Assembly (NCBI GenBank): GCA_964654825.1
Contig: CAZZKG010000006.1
Span: 3,478 to 67,477 of the forward strand
Origin: an uncultured Gemmatimonadota bacterium
GTDB taxonomy: Bacteria; Gemmatimonadota; CAZMKB01
Length of the DNA: 64,000 nucleotides
Direction of reading: 5' to 3'
Positions 40,024 through 49,404 of the stretch are shown here, in pieces. The notes under the pieces were generated by a model. That model ran no database searches. It saw nothing but the letters and a program-made list of their open reading frames with translations, and had not been told where the DNA came from. The first letter of the stretch is position 1; each line of letters starts with the position of its first letter. A program made the position numbers and the translations under genes.

Positions 40024-41868
40024 TCAGTGAATGTATCCGAGGCTTCTGAGCCTTTCGCTCTCTTCAGGATCCAGGGGAACCACATCCCGAAGTCCCACGC
40101 GTTCCGTCCAGGTCAGGAGAGCATCCTCGAGTGAATCCGTGACGACCGTGTCACCCTGGGTAGCCGCGGGCAGGCACTCGATAGTCCTCTCCCCACTCTC
40201 CAGATCCATTCGGAGTATCGAGCTTTTGCTCCTCACCGAAACGAGGCCACACGGACCACAGTCGGAAAAGGCGAATCGATTTTCTTCCGGCGTCGACAGC
40301 AGAGAGGTCCCCTCGAGACCCTGTGGAACGGGCAACATAACAATTTGAAGAATGGTCGGCATGATGTCAACAATCTCCGCAAGAGGGCCGTCTCCGGTGC
40401 CGCCCAGCCATCCGTTCGGATCGACCATGATGAGCGGCACATTCAGTACCTCTCTGCGTAAACCCCCGTGCATGAAATAGGATCCGTTCTCTCCGAAGTA
40501 CTCTCCGTGGTCGGCTACGACGACGACGAGCATGTTTTTGAGCCTCCCCATCGCAGATAGTTCAGCAAGAAGTCTGCCTAACTCCCTGTCAGCATAAGAG
40601 ATTTCCCCACCATACAGAGCCCAGGCGTGCTGCTTCTCCCGCTCGGTAATCCCTATCGTGTTGTCGAAGATCTTCTGGGGTGTAGCCAGGTAATCGTAAG
40701 GTCTGAAAATTCCTTCGAAGCCGGGGTCATACAGGTCCGTGAATGGAGGAGGCGGGAGATAGGTGAAATGCGGATCGAAATAATGGACCCAGAGGAATAC
40801 ATTTCCATCCATTTTCCTCAACCAGCGGAGAGCACAATCCGTGGTTTCGGATGCCTTTCTCTCCTGCAGGCTCCGGAAGAAGACAGCGAAGGAACCGGGA
40901 GCGAGTTTCTTTAAAAACCGCCACGTGAACTCACCCAGGGATGTTCTCATAAATCCTTCCATGGAAGTGAACACATCATCGTAGGCCATAAACCCGGCGT
41001 TGAGTCCGCACACATCATGAGACAGGGAAGATCCGCTCAACACTGCAGCCGACCCGTACCCGTATCGCGCGAGCAGTGCCGGAAGGGTCAGCGTACCTTC
41101 TTTGAGCTGTATCCCGTTTGTTCTTATCCGGTGAGACGACGGGTACAGTGAAGTCAGCAGCGAGGCGTGAGACGGAGCCGTAAATGGACTCTGGCTGACG
41201 GCTTCGGTGAACAGGACTCCGGTTCGGGCGAGGCTGTCGAGCGTTGGTGTTTTGAAGATCGGATTGCCGTAGCATCCGAGTGCGTCCTTTCGAACCGTAT
41301 CGAGGCTTATGATCAGGATATCCTTCCGGTCCCCATTTTCCGCCGCCGGAAAGTCCTTAGCGTTTCGGGAAGGAAGAATAGAACACAGGATGGTCATTAG
41401 AACGAGGAGGACGAGGCAGACGGGTACAAACGATCGGGGAGTAACTCTTTGAAGCGGGCTCTTTTGCAGTATGAGAAAGAGGAAAAGTGCGGAAACCATC
41501 AGAAGAGCAGTGGCGAAGACACTTTTCCAGTCCAGCAGACCGATACCCTTCAGAATATCCAGATGAACCCAGAGACCTGTGTAGAAAAGGAAAACAAGCA
41601 CCAGATTGAAACTGATGAAAAACACAAACCTGCCCTCGGAACCGGCTTTTTCTCCTACGGGCAAGAGGAGAAACAACACACCGATCACAGCCCCCGGTAT
41701 CATTGAGAGAAGAGCCGGAACAAGGATCAACCCGGTGAAAGGGTAACAACGTAGTACTTCGGGCGGCCCGAAGGAGTGGAAGACAGTGATCCTCGTGATG
41801 AGTTCTCCTAAAAAAGCAAGTACCCAGATAAGTACTCCGGCAATCAGAAAGTAGAAGCTTCTCCTCAC
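40024..41868 (-). CDS. LtaS/EptA/OpgB-like membrane phosphotransferase (sulfatase-fold, Thr nucleophile); C-terminal ...RLRSLGYIH tail
   Basis: ILIISLDTVRKDALGCYG, SPFTAPSHASLLTSLYPSSH (Thr/His at the sulfatase Cys/Arg positions), multi-TM N-domain. Confidence 0.6.
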   Translation of the reverse strand: MRRSFYFLIAGVLIWVLAFLGELITRITVFHSFGPPEVLRCYPFTGLILVPALLSMIPGAVIGVLFLLLPVGEKAGSEGRFVFFISFNLVLVFLFYTGLWVHLDILKGIGLLDWKSVFATALLMVSALFLFLILQKSPLQRVTPRSFVPVCLVLLVLMTILCSILPSRNAKDFPAAENGDRKDILIISLDTVRKDALGCYGNPIFKTPTLDSLARTGVLFTEAVSQSPFTAPSHASLLTSLYPSSHRIRTNGIQLKEGTLTLPALLARYGYGSAAVLSGSSLSHDVCGLNAGFMAYDDVFTSMEGFMRTSLGEFTWRFLKKLAPGSFAVFFRSLQERKASETTDCALRWLRKMDGNVFLWVHYFDPHFTYLPPPPFTDLYDPGFEGIFRPYDYLATPQKIFDNTIGITEREKQHAWALYGGEISYADRELGRLLAELSAMGRLKNMLVVVVADHGEYFGENGSYFMHGGLRREVLNVPLIMVDPNGWLGGTGDGPLAEIVDIMPTILQIVMLPVPQGLEGTSLLSTPEENRFAFSDCGPCGLVSVRSKSSILRMDLESGERTIECLPAATQGDTVVTDSLEDALLTWTERVGLRDVVPLDPEESERLRSLGYIH

Positions 41869-43556
41869 CGGTTTCCCTCCTTTACAAATATTTCGACGCC
41901 AGGCATGAATGTGTCTCTGTATGTCGGATCGAGTCTCCCGTACAATCCACTGTGCATGAAATCCCTCCGATAGTCAGCCACCCGCCTGTACCCGTAGATC
42001 CCCGACCGCAGCCCGTCGATGAATTCCCTCCCCTCTTCGGTCCCTTCGCTGCCCCGTTCGAACCCGACGGTGATGAGCCTCGAAGTGATAATGACATCCG
42101 GTTGCTGCTCTTTGAGCCACGTACGTGTAAATTGATCGGGTCTCATGAGGGACAGGTCGTAGGTTTCACCCGAGAGAGGAGGTGTGAAGTGAGTGGCGGC
42201 GATCGTGCTGCCCACCGCGACATTTTCACTGACCCATCTCAGACCCTCATCGAGTGTCGAACGACCCCGGGGCATATACCGTTCGATCGACCAGGTAAAC
42301 ACACCGGTATACACGATGACAGCTGCCGCGACGAGGCAGGCCAGTTTTCCTGCTACTCCCCGTCGTCTGGTGAGGAGAGAAAATGCATATCCTGCTGTTA
42401 TGCAGAATCCGATCACAAGCGGTATGTAGTATCTGAGAAAAACCACTTTCATCACCGACGTGAGCAGAAAATAGGGAATTGCATAGAACAGGATCCAGAC
42501 AAAGCCCTCTTCTTTCTTCCAGATGCCTGCGACAATCCCCACGAGGGAAACGAGGTACAACGGCAGCCCGAGGGAGAAGGGAAATGCAGCGAGAATCTGA
42601 TAGAGAATACGATGGTAGACGATACCATCCCCGGCCAGGTCGAAACCAGGGTGCCCCTTTTCTGATACATGGAACATCTCATACGCGAAATCGGTACTGA
42701 ACCGCTCGTAATCGAGGGCTATGAACGGTGAGCAGGCCAGAAAAATGAGAATCGCCAGCAACACGGTCCTGATCGGACCCTTTCCGAGAAAGCTGGCGAG
42801 GATGAACCGCCTACCCTTCCTGAACAACATCGGCAGAATCGACAGGACGAGCGCTCCGTTGTACTTGACCGAGGCCGCGATTCCGGCGGCCACCCCCACC
42901 AGTACCGAGGAACCGCGTTTTTGTCCGGCCTCTCCCCTGACACCCGCGTAAAGCGCGAGCGTCATGAAAAAGGTCATGAGGACCTCCTGTTTGATATAAT
43001 GCGACTCGAGGACGTGCAGGGGTGTGACCGCAAGTGCAAGTGAAGCGAACGCGGCTGCCCGCCGGGAAAAGAGTCTTTTCACGAGGAAGTACAGAAGGAT
43101 CACCGTGAGCACTCCGATCAGGGCAATGGAACACCTGCCGAGCAGGTACAGATCGGCCTGGGCGGCATCGAACGAGAGCTTGAATGCAGTGAGTGTCGGT
43201 ACCTTTCCCGAGACGATCGAACCCAAGGCGAAGGGCACGAAGTGGACTGAATAGTAAATCACCACGAGCCCGCAGAGATAATAGAAGATGAAAGAAGGGT
43301 AGTGAAAAAAATGCGGATTCAGGTCACCGGTAGACACCATCTTCACCACCCTGCTCATCACCCTTGTCTCATCGATGTGGTAATGGAGCGGGAGACCGAA
43401 ATCAATCCCGTATATCCTCAACAGGAGAGCCACGAGAGCGATCAGAGACAGAACAATATAATCCCCTCGACCTGTCCTTCCTTCTTCTGCTCTGTATCGT
43501 TCGGAGTTCAACACGTGATAAACCTCAATCTGTCGATTCCCGTTCTGTCTATCCAT
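41865..43556 (-). CDS. Glycosyltransferase family 39 (ArnT/PMT_2-like)
   Basis: Multi-TM protein with YHIDETRVMS...FFHYPSFIFY ArnT-like N-terminus and a periplasmic C-terminal domain. Start chosen at MDRQNG, since the track start overlaps the upstream LmbE gene by ~250 nt. Confidence 0.5.
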   Translation of the reverse strand: MDRQNGNRQIEVYHVLNSERYRAEEGRTGRGDYIVLSLIALVALLLRIYGIDFGLPLHYHIDETRVMSRVVKMVSTGDLNPHFFHYPSFIFYYLCGLVVIYYSVHFVPFALGSIVSGKVPTLTAFKLSFDAAQADLYLLGRCSIALIGVLTVILLYFLVKRLFSRRAAAFASLALAVTPLHVLESHYIKQEVLMTFFMTLALYAGVRGEAGQKRGSSVLVGVAAGIAASVKYNGALVLSILPMLFRKGRRFILASFLGKGPIRTVLLAILIFLACSPFIALDYERFSTDFAYEMFHVSEKGHPGFDLAGDGIVYHRILYQILAAFPFSLGLPLYLVSLVGIVAGIWKKEEGFVWILFYAIPYFLLTSVMKVVFLRYYIPLVIGFCITAGYAFSLLTRRRGVAGKLACLVAAAVIVYTGVFTWSIERYMPRGRSTLDEGLRWVSENVAVGSTIAATHFTPPLSGETYDLSLMRPDQFTRTWLKEQQPDVIITSRLITVGFERGSEGTEEGREFIDGLRSGIYGYRRVADYRRDFMHSGLYGRLDPTYRDTFMPGVEIFVKEGNR

Positions 43557-44290
43557 TCGAGGTACCGAGAGACAGAAAAACAGAGAAATGCTTCGGCATA
43601 CCCGGATGATCCCATCTCGAGCGCTCTCCTCTTCGAGAGTGCCAGGGAAGTCCGCATGTAGTCGACCTGTTCGAGCTGAGATGCAAAACAGAGGAGCGCC
43701 TCCCGTTTTGCCCGCGCGTAAGGTGAAATGTCCAGATACAGATTGGGTGGTAGAGGCGTCCACACTTCATATCCGAGAATGAGGGTCTCCGGGGCCGATG
43801 ACTGAATGATCCTCTTCAGTAACCGGTTGGTCTCTATGTGATCAACGTGGTTGTCGAAGAACCAGGGGAGGAAGATGAGTTCGGGTGCAAAATCTCTCAG
43901 GAGCTGTTTCAATCGATTCAGTATCCGGGGCTCAGGTCTGAGGAGCGTTTCCGGAGCTGACAAGTGTTCCGTCTCTGTCACTCCCAGTATCTCGAGCGCA
44001 CGAGCCGATTCCGCCTTCCTGATCCGTTCCACCTCCGACCTGTCATCCATCCGGGGGATACCCTCCCTACCGTCGGTGAGATAGATAACCTTGACTCTGT
44101 GTCCCCGTTCGAGCTGCATCAGAATGGTCCCACCCATACCGATCACATCGTCATCGTAGTGCGGAGACAGAACCAGAGTCCTGCCTCCCGGAAGTTCATT
44201 GATGACCACCCGTCCACGGCGATTGCACAGCTGCAGAATGGATCTCTTGTACCGGTTAAAAATTATATTACCGGGCATTCCCCTCTCCAC
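43508..44290 (-). CDS. PIG-L/LmbE family N-acetylglucosaminyl deacetylase
   Basis: LVLSPHYDDDVIGMGGT and HVDH motifs of the LmbE-like zinc deacetylases. Confidence 0.8.
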   Translation of the reverse strand: MERGMPGNIIFNRYKRSILQLCNRRGRVVINELPGGRTLVLSPHYDDDVIGMGGTILMQLERGHRVKVIYLTDGREGIPRMDDRSEVERIRKAESARALEILGVTETEHLSAPETLLRPEPRILNRLKQLLRDFAPELIFLPWFFDNHVDHIETNRLLKRIIQSSAPETLILGYEVWTPLPPNLYLDISPYARAKREALLCFASQLEQVDYMRTSLALSKRRALEMGSSGYAEAFLCFSVSRYLEWIDRTGIDRLRFITC

Positions 44291-44969
44291 GTAAAACGAA
44301 ATCGGAGGGTGTCATGATCCCCTCATCACAGGAGATGAATGACTCATACCAGCCGCGCCCACCCCCCGCCATTGCGCTCCCGTAAGCCATAGCCGATTGC
44401 GAAAGCTGAAGTTCTCCCCCGCAGCCGAGTGCATGGAGCGCCAGGAATTTTGATCGGACGGCCTGATCGACACAAAGCTGATATTCGGGGAGCACAAGCA
44501 TTCTTGACTGGTAATAAAAACTCCCGAGGTGAAGCTTCTTTTCCAATTCATCGATCTTCGGCTTCTCATCCGCGGTGAGCGGAAACGGATAGAACAGGAT
44601 CGCTTCGTGGGGGACTGCCGGGCTTCCATCCTGTTCCCAGCAGCTCAACCGGGGAGTAACAATTACGGTGCCCAGCTTACGGATCGCCGTCTTTTCGCGA
44701 TCAGTGTAAGGTTTCTCTACCACCGCGAGACACTCCCCATCCACCGCTGCGTGCCCCGCCAGAAGTCCCCCACAGCCTGATATTACCTCCCGCACGTCCC
44801 TTCCGTATACTATCAGGATGGTCCCGTGACCTGGCTTGAGAGGAGTGGGGATCACCACGAGGTTCAGGGGTCGGGGTAAGATGTTTCCGGTGATCCTGCC
44901 AATACCGGCAATCGCCCTTTTGATAAATGCTTTTGCCATGAATCTACACCAATCTCGAGATAGATTCAT
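44268..44969 (-). CDS. Hypothetical soluble protein in polysaccharide locus
   Basis: 233-aa ORF, no recognised domain. Overlaps neighbours by ~25 nt on each side. Confidence 0.3.
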   Translation of the reverse strand: MNLSRDWCRFMAKAFIKRAIAGIGRITGNILPRPLNLVVIPTPLKPGHGTILIVYGRDVREVISGCGGLLAGHAAVDGECLAVVEKPYTDREKTAIRKLGTVIVTPRLSCWEQDGSPAVPHEAILFYPFPLTADEKPKIDELEKKLHLGSFYYQSRMLVLPEYQLCVDQAVRSKFLALHALGCGGELQLSQSAMAYGSAMAGGGRGWYESFISCDEGIMTPSDFVLRGEGNAR

Positions 44970-46164
44970 CGATTCGTAAGCCGGCAGTCTTCGTGTAGAC
45001 TTCGCCGAGCTGCTGCATGTGAATCTCCGATGTAAATGTACGCCGCACTACTTCTCTGCCGTTTTTTCCCATCCGGTCTGCTCCCGCTCCGTCCTCGAGG
45101 ATCCGGACAAGTGCCCGGGCGAGTGCGGGTGAATCACCGTAAGGTACGAGTAAACCGGTGGTCTCTTCCTGCACCAGCTCGGGTATCCCGCCGAGCCTGG
45201 ATGCGACGACAGGTCTCCCGGCCGCCATCGCCTCGAGGATTACGAGAGGGCAATTTTCCTTGACGACTGATGGCAGAACCACGACCCTCGAGGCCCCGAA
45301 AAGAGGACGGAGTCTCTCCTCGTCGAGCTGACCGTGAAACTTCACTGCTCCGCCCACGCCAAGCTCACTGGCGGATCGTTGAAGATCGTTCATCTCAGGA
45401 CCGACGCCTACGATGTCGAGAATCGCGCTGGGCACTCCATCGAGGACTTCACGAAAAGAACGGAGGAGGTGATCAACCCCCTTACTCGGATACAGGGAAC
45501 CTACGAAAAGGATACTCCGTGAGGCACCGGGAAGTATACCTCCTTCGAAATAATGAGTATGTACAAAGTTGGGGACAAGTACCGGTTCGATCCCGAAGTG
45601 AGTGACGTTCTCGGCGAGTGCCCTGCTCGGCGTAATGAGAGTCCAGTCCTCCCGTGAGAAGAGCCTCCTGACGAGCTTGCGGGACGGGACCTGGGCGATG
45701 TACTTACTGATCGGGATACATCCTTCACTGACGCAGACGGTCCCGAAGGACCAGGGGCAGACGAGCCCGTTCTTTCTCACACCTCTCTCATTCGGGCACA
45801 CGATCCGTATGTCGTGTGCGGTCTGAACCAGAGGAGGACCTTTGGAACAGGCCAGATATACTGTGTGCGAGTAGAGACAGTTCCCCTGAACATGAATGAG
45901 ATCGGGTCTCTCTTTGTCTATCACCTTCCGCAGCATCCGAAAGAGCTTCGGATTGAACAGATGCTGTTTCATCCTCCCGGTGAGAGCTCCATTACCGTGG
46001 AAGGGGAAGATTGTGACTTTGCCCTCTTCAGACGAGTCTCCCTGATTGAACGTGAAAAGAGAGACCTCAACTCCCCTTTCCCTGAGCATCCTCGTGAGCT
46101 CCATCCTGTATCGGTTCGCTCCACCGCGGACGTCCGCGAAATCGTGGAACATCAGCACTTTCAT
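44944..46164 (-). CDS. Glycosyltransferase family 4
   Basis: GGANRY N-terminal motif, VVLPSVVKENCPLVILEAMAAGRPVVASRLGGIPE C-terminal GT4 signature. Confidence 0.8.
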   Translation of the reverse strand: MKVLMFHDFADVRGGANRYRMELTRMLRERGVEVSLFTFNQGDSSEEGKVTIFPFHGNGALTGRMKQHLFNPKLFRMLRKVIDKERPDLIHVQGNCLYSHTVYLACSKGPPLVQTAHDIRIVCPNERGVRKNGLVCPWSFGTVCVSEGCIPISKYIAQVPSRKLVRRLFSREDWTLITPSRALAENVTHFGIEPVLVPNFVHTHYFEGGILPGASRSILFVGSLYPSKGVDHLLRSFREVLDGVPSAILDIVGVGPEMNDLQRSASELGVGGAVKFHGQLDEERLRPLFGASRVVVLPSVVKENCPLVILEAMAAGRPVVASRLGGIPELVQEETTGLLVPYGDSPALARALVRILEDGAGADRMGKNGREVVRRTFTSEIHMQQLGEVYTKTAGLRIDESISRLV

Positions 46165-47624
46165 ACCGACCTCCGTCCAAAAACGTAGGAGGTGATCTTT
46201 AACAACGGCTCCTTGATGAACCGGTTTATCTCATCCCGGTCGTAAACCCCGAGCACCTTCAACATGTAACAGTAGGGTACGAGGGCAAGGAGTATTCTGA
46301 GGGGCAGAAACAAGCCGTCGAGGAGGATGAGCACAACCAGCATAGTGGAAAGTGCCAGGAGCGGCCGGGGTAACATACCGAGGTAATCGATTTTGTGGCC
46401 GAGAACTTTCCTCACGAAGTAAATCCGTATAAAAAGATCGATAACGGTCGAGTTGAGCGAAACCCATGCGGCACCGATATGCTGATACTTTGGAATGAAA
46501 ATGAAGTTGAGGACAATGTTGATGCACATGTTTACGGCGACGATGGGGGCAAAACTCGACAGGAGATTCGACTGGAGGATGATAACTCTCATCGGTGTGG
46601 TGAAGAAGAGCAGCGCGCACGCCCAGCTGAGTATGAACAGTACCCGGGCGGATTCCTCGTACTGTTGTCCGAAGATGAACAGCGTGATCTCGCGGTGATA
46701 GAGGATGAGGACGCTGAAAACCGGCAGCGCCATGGTCAGGAAGAACTTCTGCAGTTTCTGATAAATGAGGACCAGTCTTTCCTTCGCGTGTACATAGAGA
46801 GCGGAAATAGTCGGCTGCATCGCGACGTTTATCAGAACACCGGCCATGGCGATGTGTTCGAGAATCTTGTACGGAGCGGCATAAATGCCCACTGACTCTT
46901 CACCGACCATCTTCGAAAGCATGAAGAAATCAACGCGGATATGGATCATCATGATGAGACCGAGTACCGCGAAAAACATGGCATCCTTGAATATTTTCCT
47001 GCAGAAGACAGTGTCGATCTCGGGTTTGAAAGAGGGAACCACCCGTTTAACGAACCACATGAGGATGATCAGTTTCACCCCACTCCAGAAGCCGAAGGCG
47101 AGCAGGATGGTTTTAATACCGAATCCGAGCCAGATCAGAACGATGCCCGAGGCTGCTGGGAGAAAGCCGACGGCCACCTCGATTGCGGAGGTTATGTCCA
47201 TGCGCTCGTGGGCCTTCAGCATCGAGATGAAGGGACCGGACAGTGTAGAGAAAATCAGGAAGGGTATTCCGGCATAGAAGAGCCCTACGATCTCACCCCG
47301 GTAGCCGACTGCATGGATGAGAAGAATCATGAGGACGGAAACGATTATTGATGTGATTATCTTGATACCGAGGATGTTCCTGATGTACTTGCTGGAACGA
47401 GAGTAATCCCTCGCCACGTCCCTCACCGTGAGCGTGTCGAGCCCGCAGTCACTGAAGATGCCGAAGAAAGCGAGAAACAGAAAGACGAGGGACCATTGAC
47501 CGAACCCTTTCGTCCCGAAGTAACGAGCTGCAATAGCAACGAAGGTGATGCTGATGACCTTTGTGAGGATCTGGGCGATTTGGAGGGAGACGACATTTCT
47601 CAGTATGGTAAATCTTTTGTCCAT
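46161..47624 (-). CDS. wzx: Polysaccharide flippase (Wzx, MOP superfamily)
   Basis: 12-14 TM helices. N-terminus KVISITFVAIAARYFGTKGFGQWSL... typical of PF01943/PF13440 flippases. Confidence 0.7.
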   Translation of the reverse strand: MDKRFTILRNVVSLQIAQILTKVISITFVAIAARYFGTKGFGQWSLVFLFLAFFGIFSDCGLDTLTVRDVARDYSRSSKYIRNILGIKIITSIIVSVLMILLIHAVGYRGEIVGLFYAGIPFLIFSTLSGPFISMLKAHERMDITSAIEVAVGFLPAASGIVLIWLGFGIKTILLAFGFWSGVKLIILMWFVKRVVPSFKPEIDTVFCRKIFKDAMFFAVLGLIMMIHIRVDFFMLSKMVGEESVGIYAAPYKILEHIAMAGVLINVAMQPTISALYVHAKERLVLIYQKLQKFFLTMALPVFSVLILYHREITLFIFGQQYEESARVLFILSWACALLFFTTPMRVIILQSNLLSSFAPIVAVNMCINIVLNFIFIPKYQHIGAAWVSLNSTVIDLFIRIYFVRKVLGHKIDYLGMLPRPLLALSTMLVVLILLDGLFLPLRILLALVPYCYMLKVLGVYDRDEINRFIKEPLLKITSYVFGRRSV

Positions 47625-47643
47625 TCCACTCTGGGGGGAAGAT

Positions 47644-49320
47644 TCAGCTCAGATAACCGAGACCCTGGAGGGTTTTCCGAATTTCTTCCTCCTCGTCGGT
47701 GGTATAGCCATCAACAGTTTTCTCGGGTACGGAGCCTGGTTCCAGTTTCACGAACCTGAGTTCATTCGACTTCTTGTAATCTTCGGTAAAACACTCGAGC
47801 AAGACCTTTCCATCCATCTCCTCGGGGACGGGCATACCGAACATGTGAATGATCGTCGGGGCCAGGTCTTCGATGCGGGCATCCTGCACAACATGAGCTT
47901 GTCTGACCCCCTCCCCCCGCATGAAAAGTATTCCATTCTCACGATGCAACGCAGGTGTAAACTCGAACGGGTCTCTATAGATCTGATCGACGAAGAAATC
48001 GGCTCTCGGAAGGATGCTCAGGTCCCTGGTGAGGAACTGGATATCGGGAGCGAGCTCCATGTAAGGTCCCCTGTAGAGTTCTTCCCTCCGGTAGGCTTTC
48101 TCTACAACCCGTTCCCCGTCTGGATCAAGAATCTCTTCGAGGCCGCTGATGATTTCGTCTCTCAGTTGCTCGTACTCGGCCCCGGGTCGGATGATGCCTT
48201 CCGGTTCCCTCCCCTGCAGATTGATGATGATGATTTCTTCTCCCCCGCTGAAGCTCGAGAAAGCCTTCGTACGTGACCAGTCGATCATCGACATATACAG
48301 TCTGTCCAGAGTGACACCGAGAAGCCGGGGTTTCAGCAATCTCGCAGCCCTCCTGCCGAAGGCCCTGAGAAGTCTATCGAGACTCTGGTAGCTGCTGTCA
48401 CCATCGAGCTGATCTCTGCCGACTCCCAGCAGTTTCGCCAGGAGTTTCGAACCGGATTTCAATTTCAGGTAACCGCGTTCCAGCAGCCATTTGTTGATGT
48501 AGAACCTGCCCTCGATCGGACCGCACCCGTGATCAGACATGACGATGACGGACACATCTTCCCCGGCGGCAGAGATGAGTTTCCCGAGGTAATCATCGAG
48601 GACCGCGTAGCACATTTCGATGATGCCGCCGTACTTTTTATTCTCCACCGGATGCTTGTCTCTGTACTCAGGTACCTTTATCCGCCAGGCCCTGTGCTGT
48701 ACGAGGTCGACGGTCCTGAAGACAGTCATGAAGAAATCCCAGTCGAATTTCCTCATGAGGTACAGATTTGCATCCAGTATCTTCCTGGTAGTGTAGAGCA
48801 TGTGCATGAAAGCTTTTTTCTCATCACCACCCCAGAATATTTTTTCTGAATCACTGTCGAGCGGGTAGTCTCCGAGAGCACAGAGGAGATCGAGATGCAG
48901 ATCGGCCGGGTGGGTGAAGATATGGTCGGTACTCGGAGTGAGCAATCCACTTACCAGATAACCATTGACCTCTTCCGGAGGGTAGGTCAGGGGAACGTTT
49001 ACCACCCCCACTTTTTTCCCTCTGTCACTCAGTATCTTCCAGACACTCCTCGCTTTTATCGAATTATAGGTGATAAAAGGACGGTAGTACGTACCATCTT
49101 TTCTCTCACGAAAGTAGAACACGCCGTGTCCACCGGGATTCATACCGGTGATGAAAGATGACCACGCGACGGAACTGTTGGGAGGTATCGTGGAGAGTAG
49201 CGTGCCGGAGGCGCCTTCCTGACAAATTTTCGAGAGGTTCGGGAGTTTTCCTGCTTCCATCATGGGAGATGCGATGTCGAGTGTTGCTCCATCGAATCCG
49301 ACGACCAGCACCTTTTTCAT
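47644..49320 (-). CDS. Alkaline phosphatase family protein (PF01663-type), soluble; C-terminal ...LQGLGYLS tail
   Basis: MKKVLVVGFDGATLDIASPMMEAGKLPNL...TIPPNSSVAWSSFITGMNPGGHGV, DHGCGP metal site. Start set at MKKVL (GGGGAG ~11 nt upstream) rather than the track start. Confidence 0.65.
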   Translation of the reverse strand: MKKVLVVGFDGATLDIASPMMEAGKLPNLSKICQEGASGTLLSTIPPNSSVAWSSFITGMNPGGHGVFYFRERKDGTYYRPFITYNSIKARSVWKILSDRGKKVGVVNVPLTYPPEEVNGYLVSGLLTPSTDHIFTHPADLHLDLLCALGDYPLDSDSEKIFWGGDEKKAFMHMLYTTRKILDANLYLMRKFDWDFFMTVFRTVDLVQHRAWRIKVPEYRDKHPVENKKYGGIIEMCYAVLDDYLGKLISAAGEDVSVIVMSDHGCGPIEGRFYINKWLLERGYLKLKSGSKLLAKLLGVGRDQLDGDSSYQSLDRLLRAFGRRAARLLKPRLLGVTLDRLYMSMIDWSRTKAFSSFSGGEEIIIINLQGREPEGIIRPGAEYEQLRDEIISGLEEILDPDGERVVEKAYRREELYRGPYMELAPDIQFLTRDLSILPRADFFVDQIYRDPFEFTPALHRENGILFMRGEGVRQAHVVQDARIEDLAPTIIHMFGMPVPEEMDGKVLLECFTEDYKKSNELRFVKLEPGSVPEKTVDGYTTDEEEEIRKTLQGLGYLS

Positions 49321-49404
49321 TCTCAACTGCTCCCCTGATAAAAATTTTCCCCCTCCCTCCGATGAAGGCAGAGGGGGAAGTGATACGAGAACTCTTTCCC
49401 GCAC

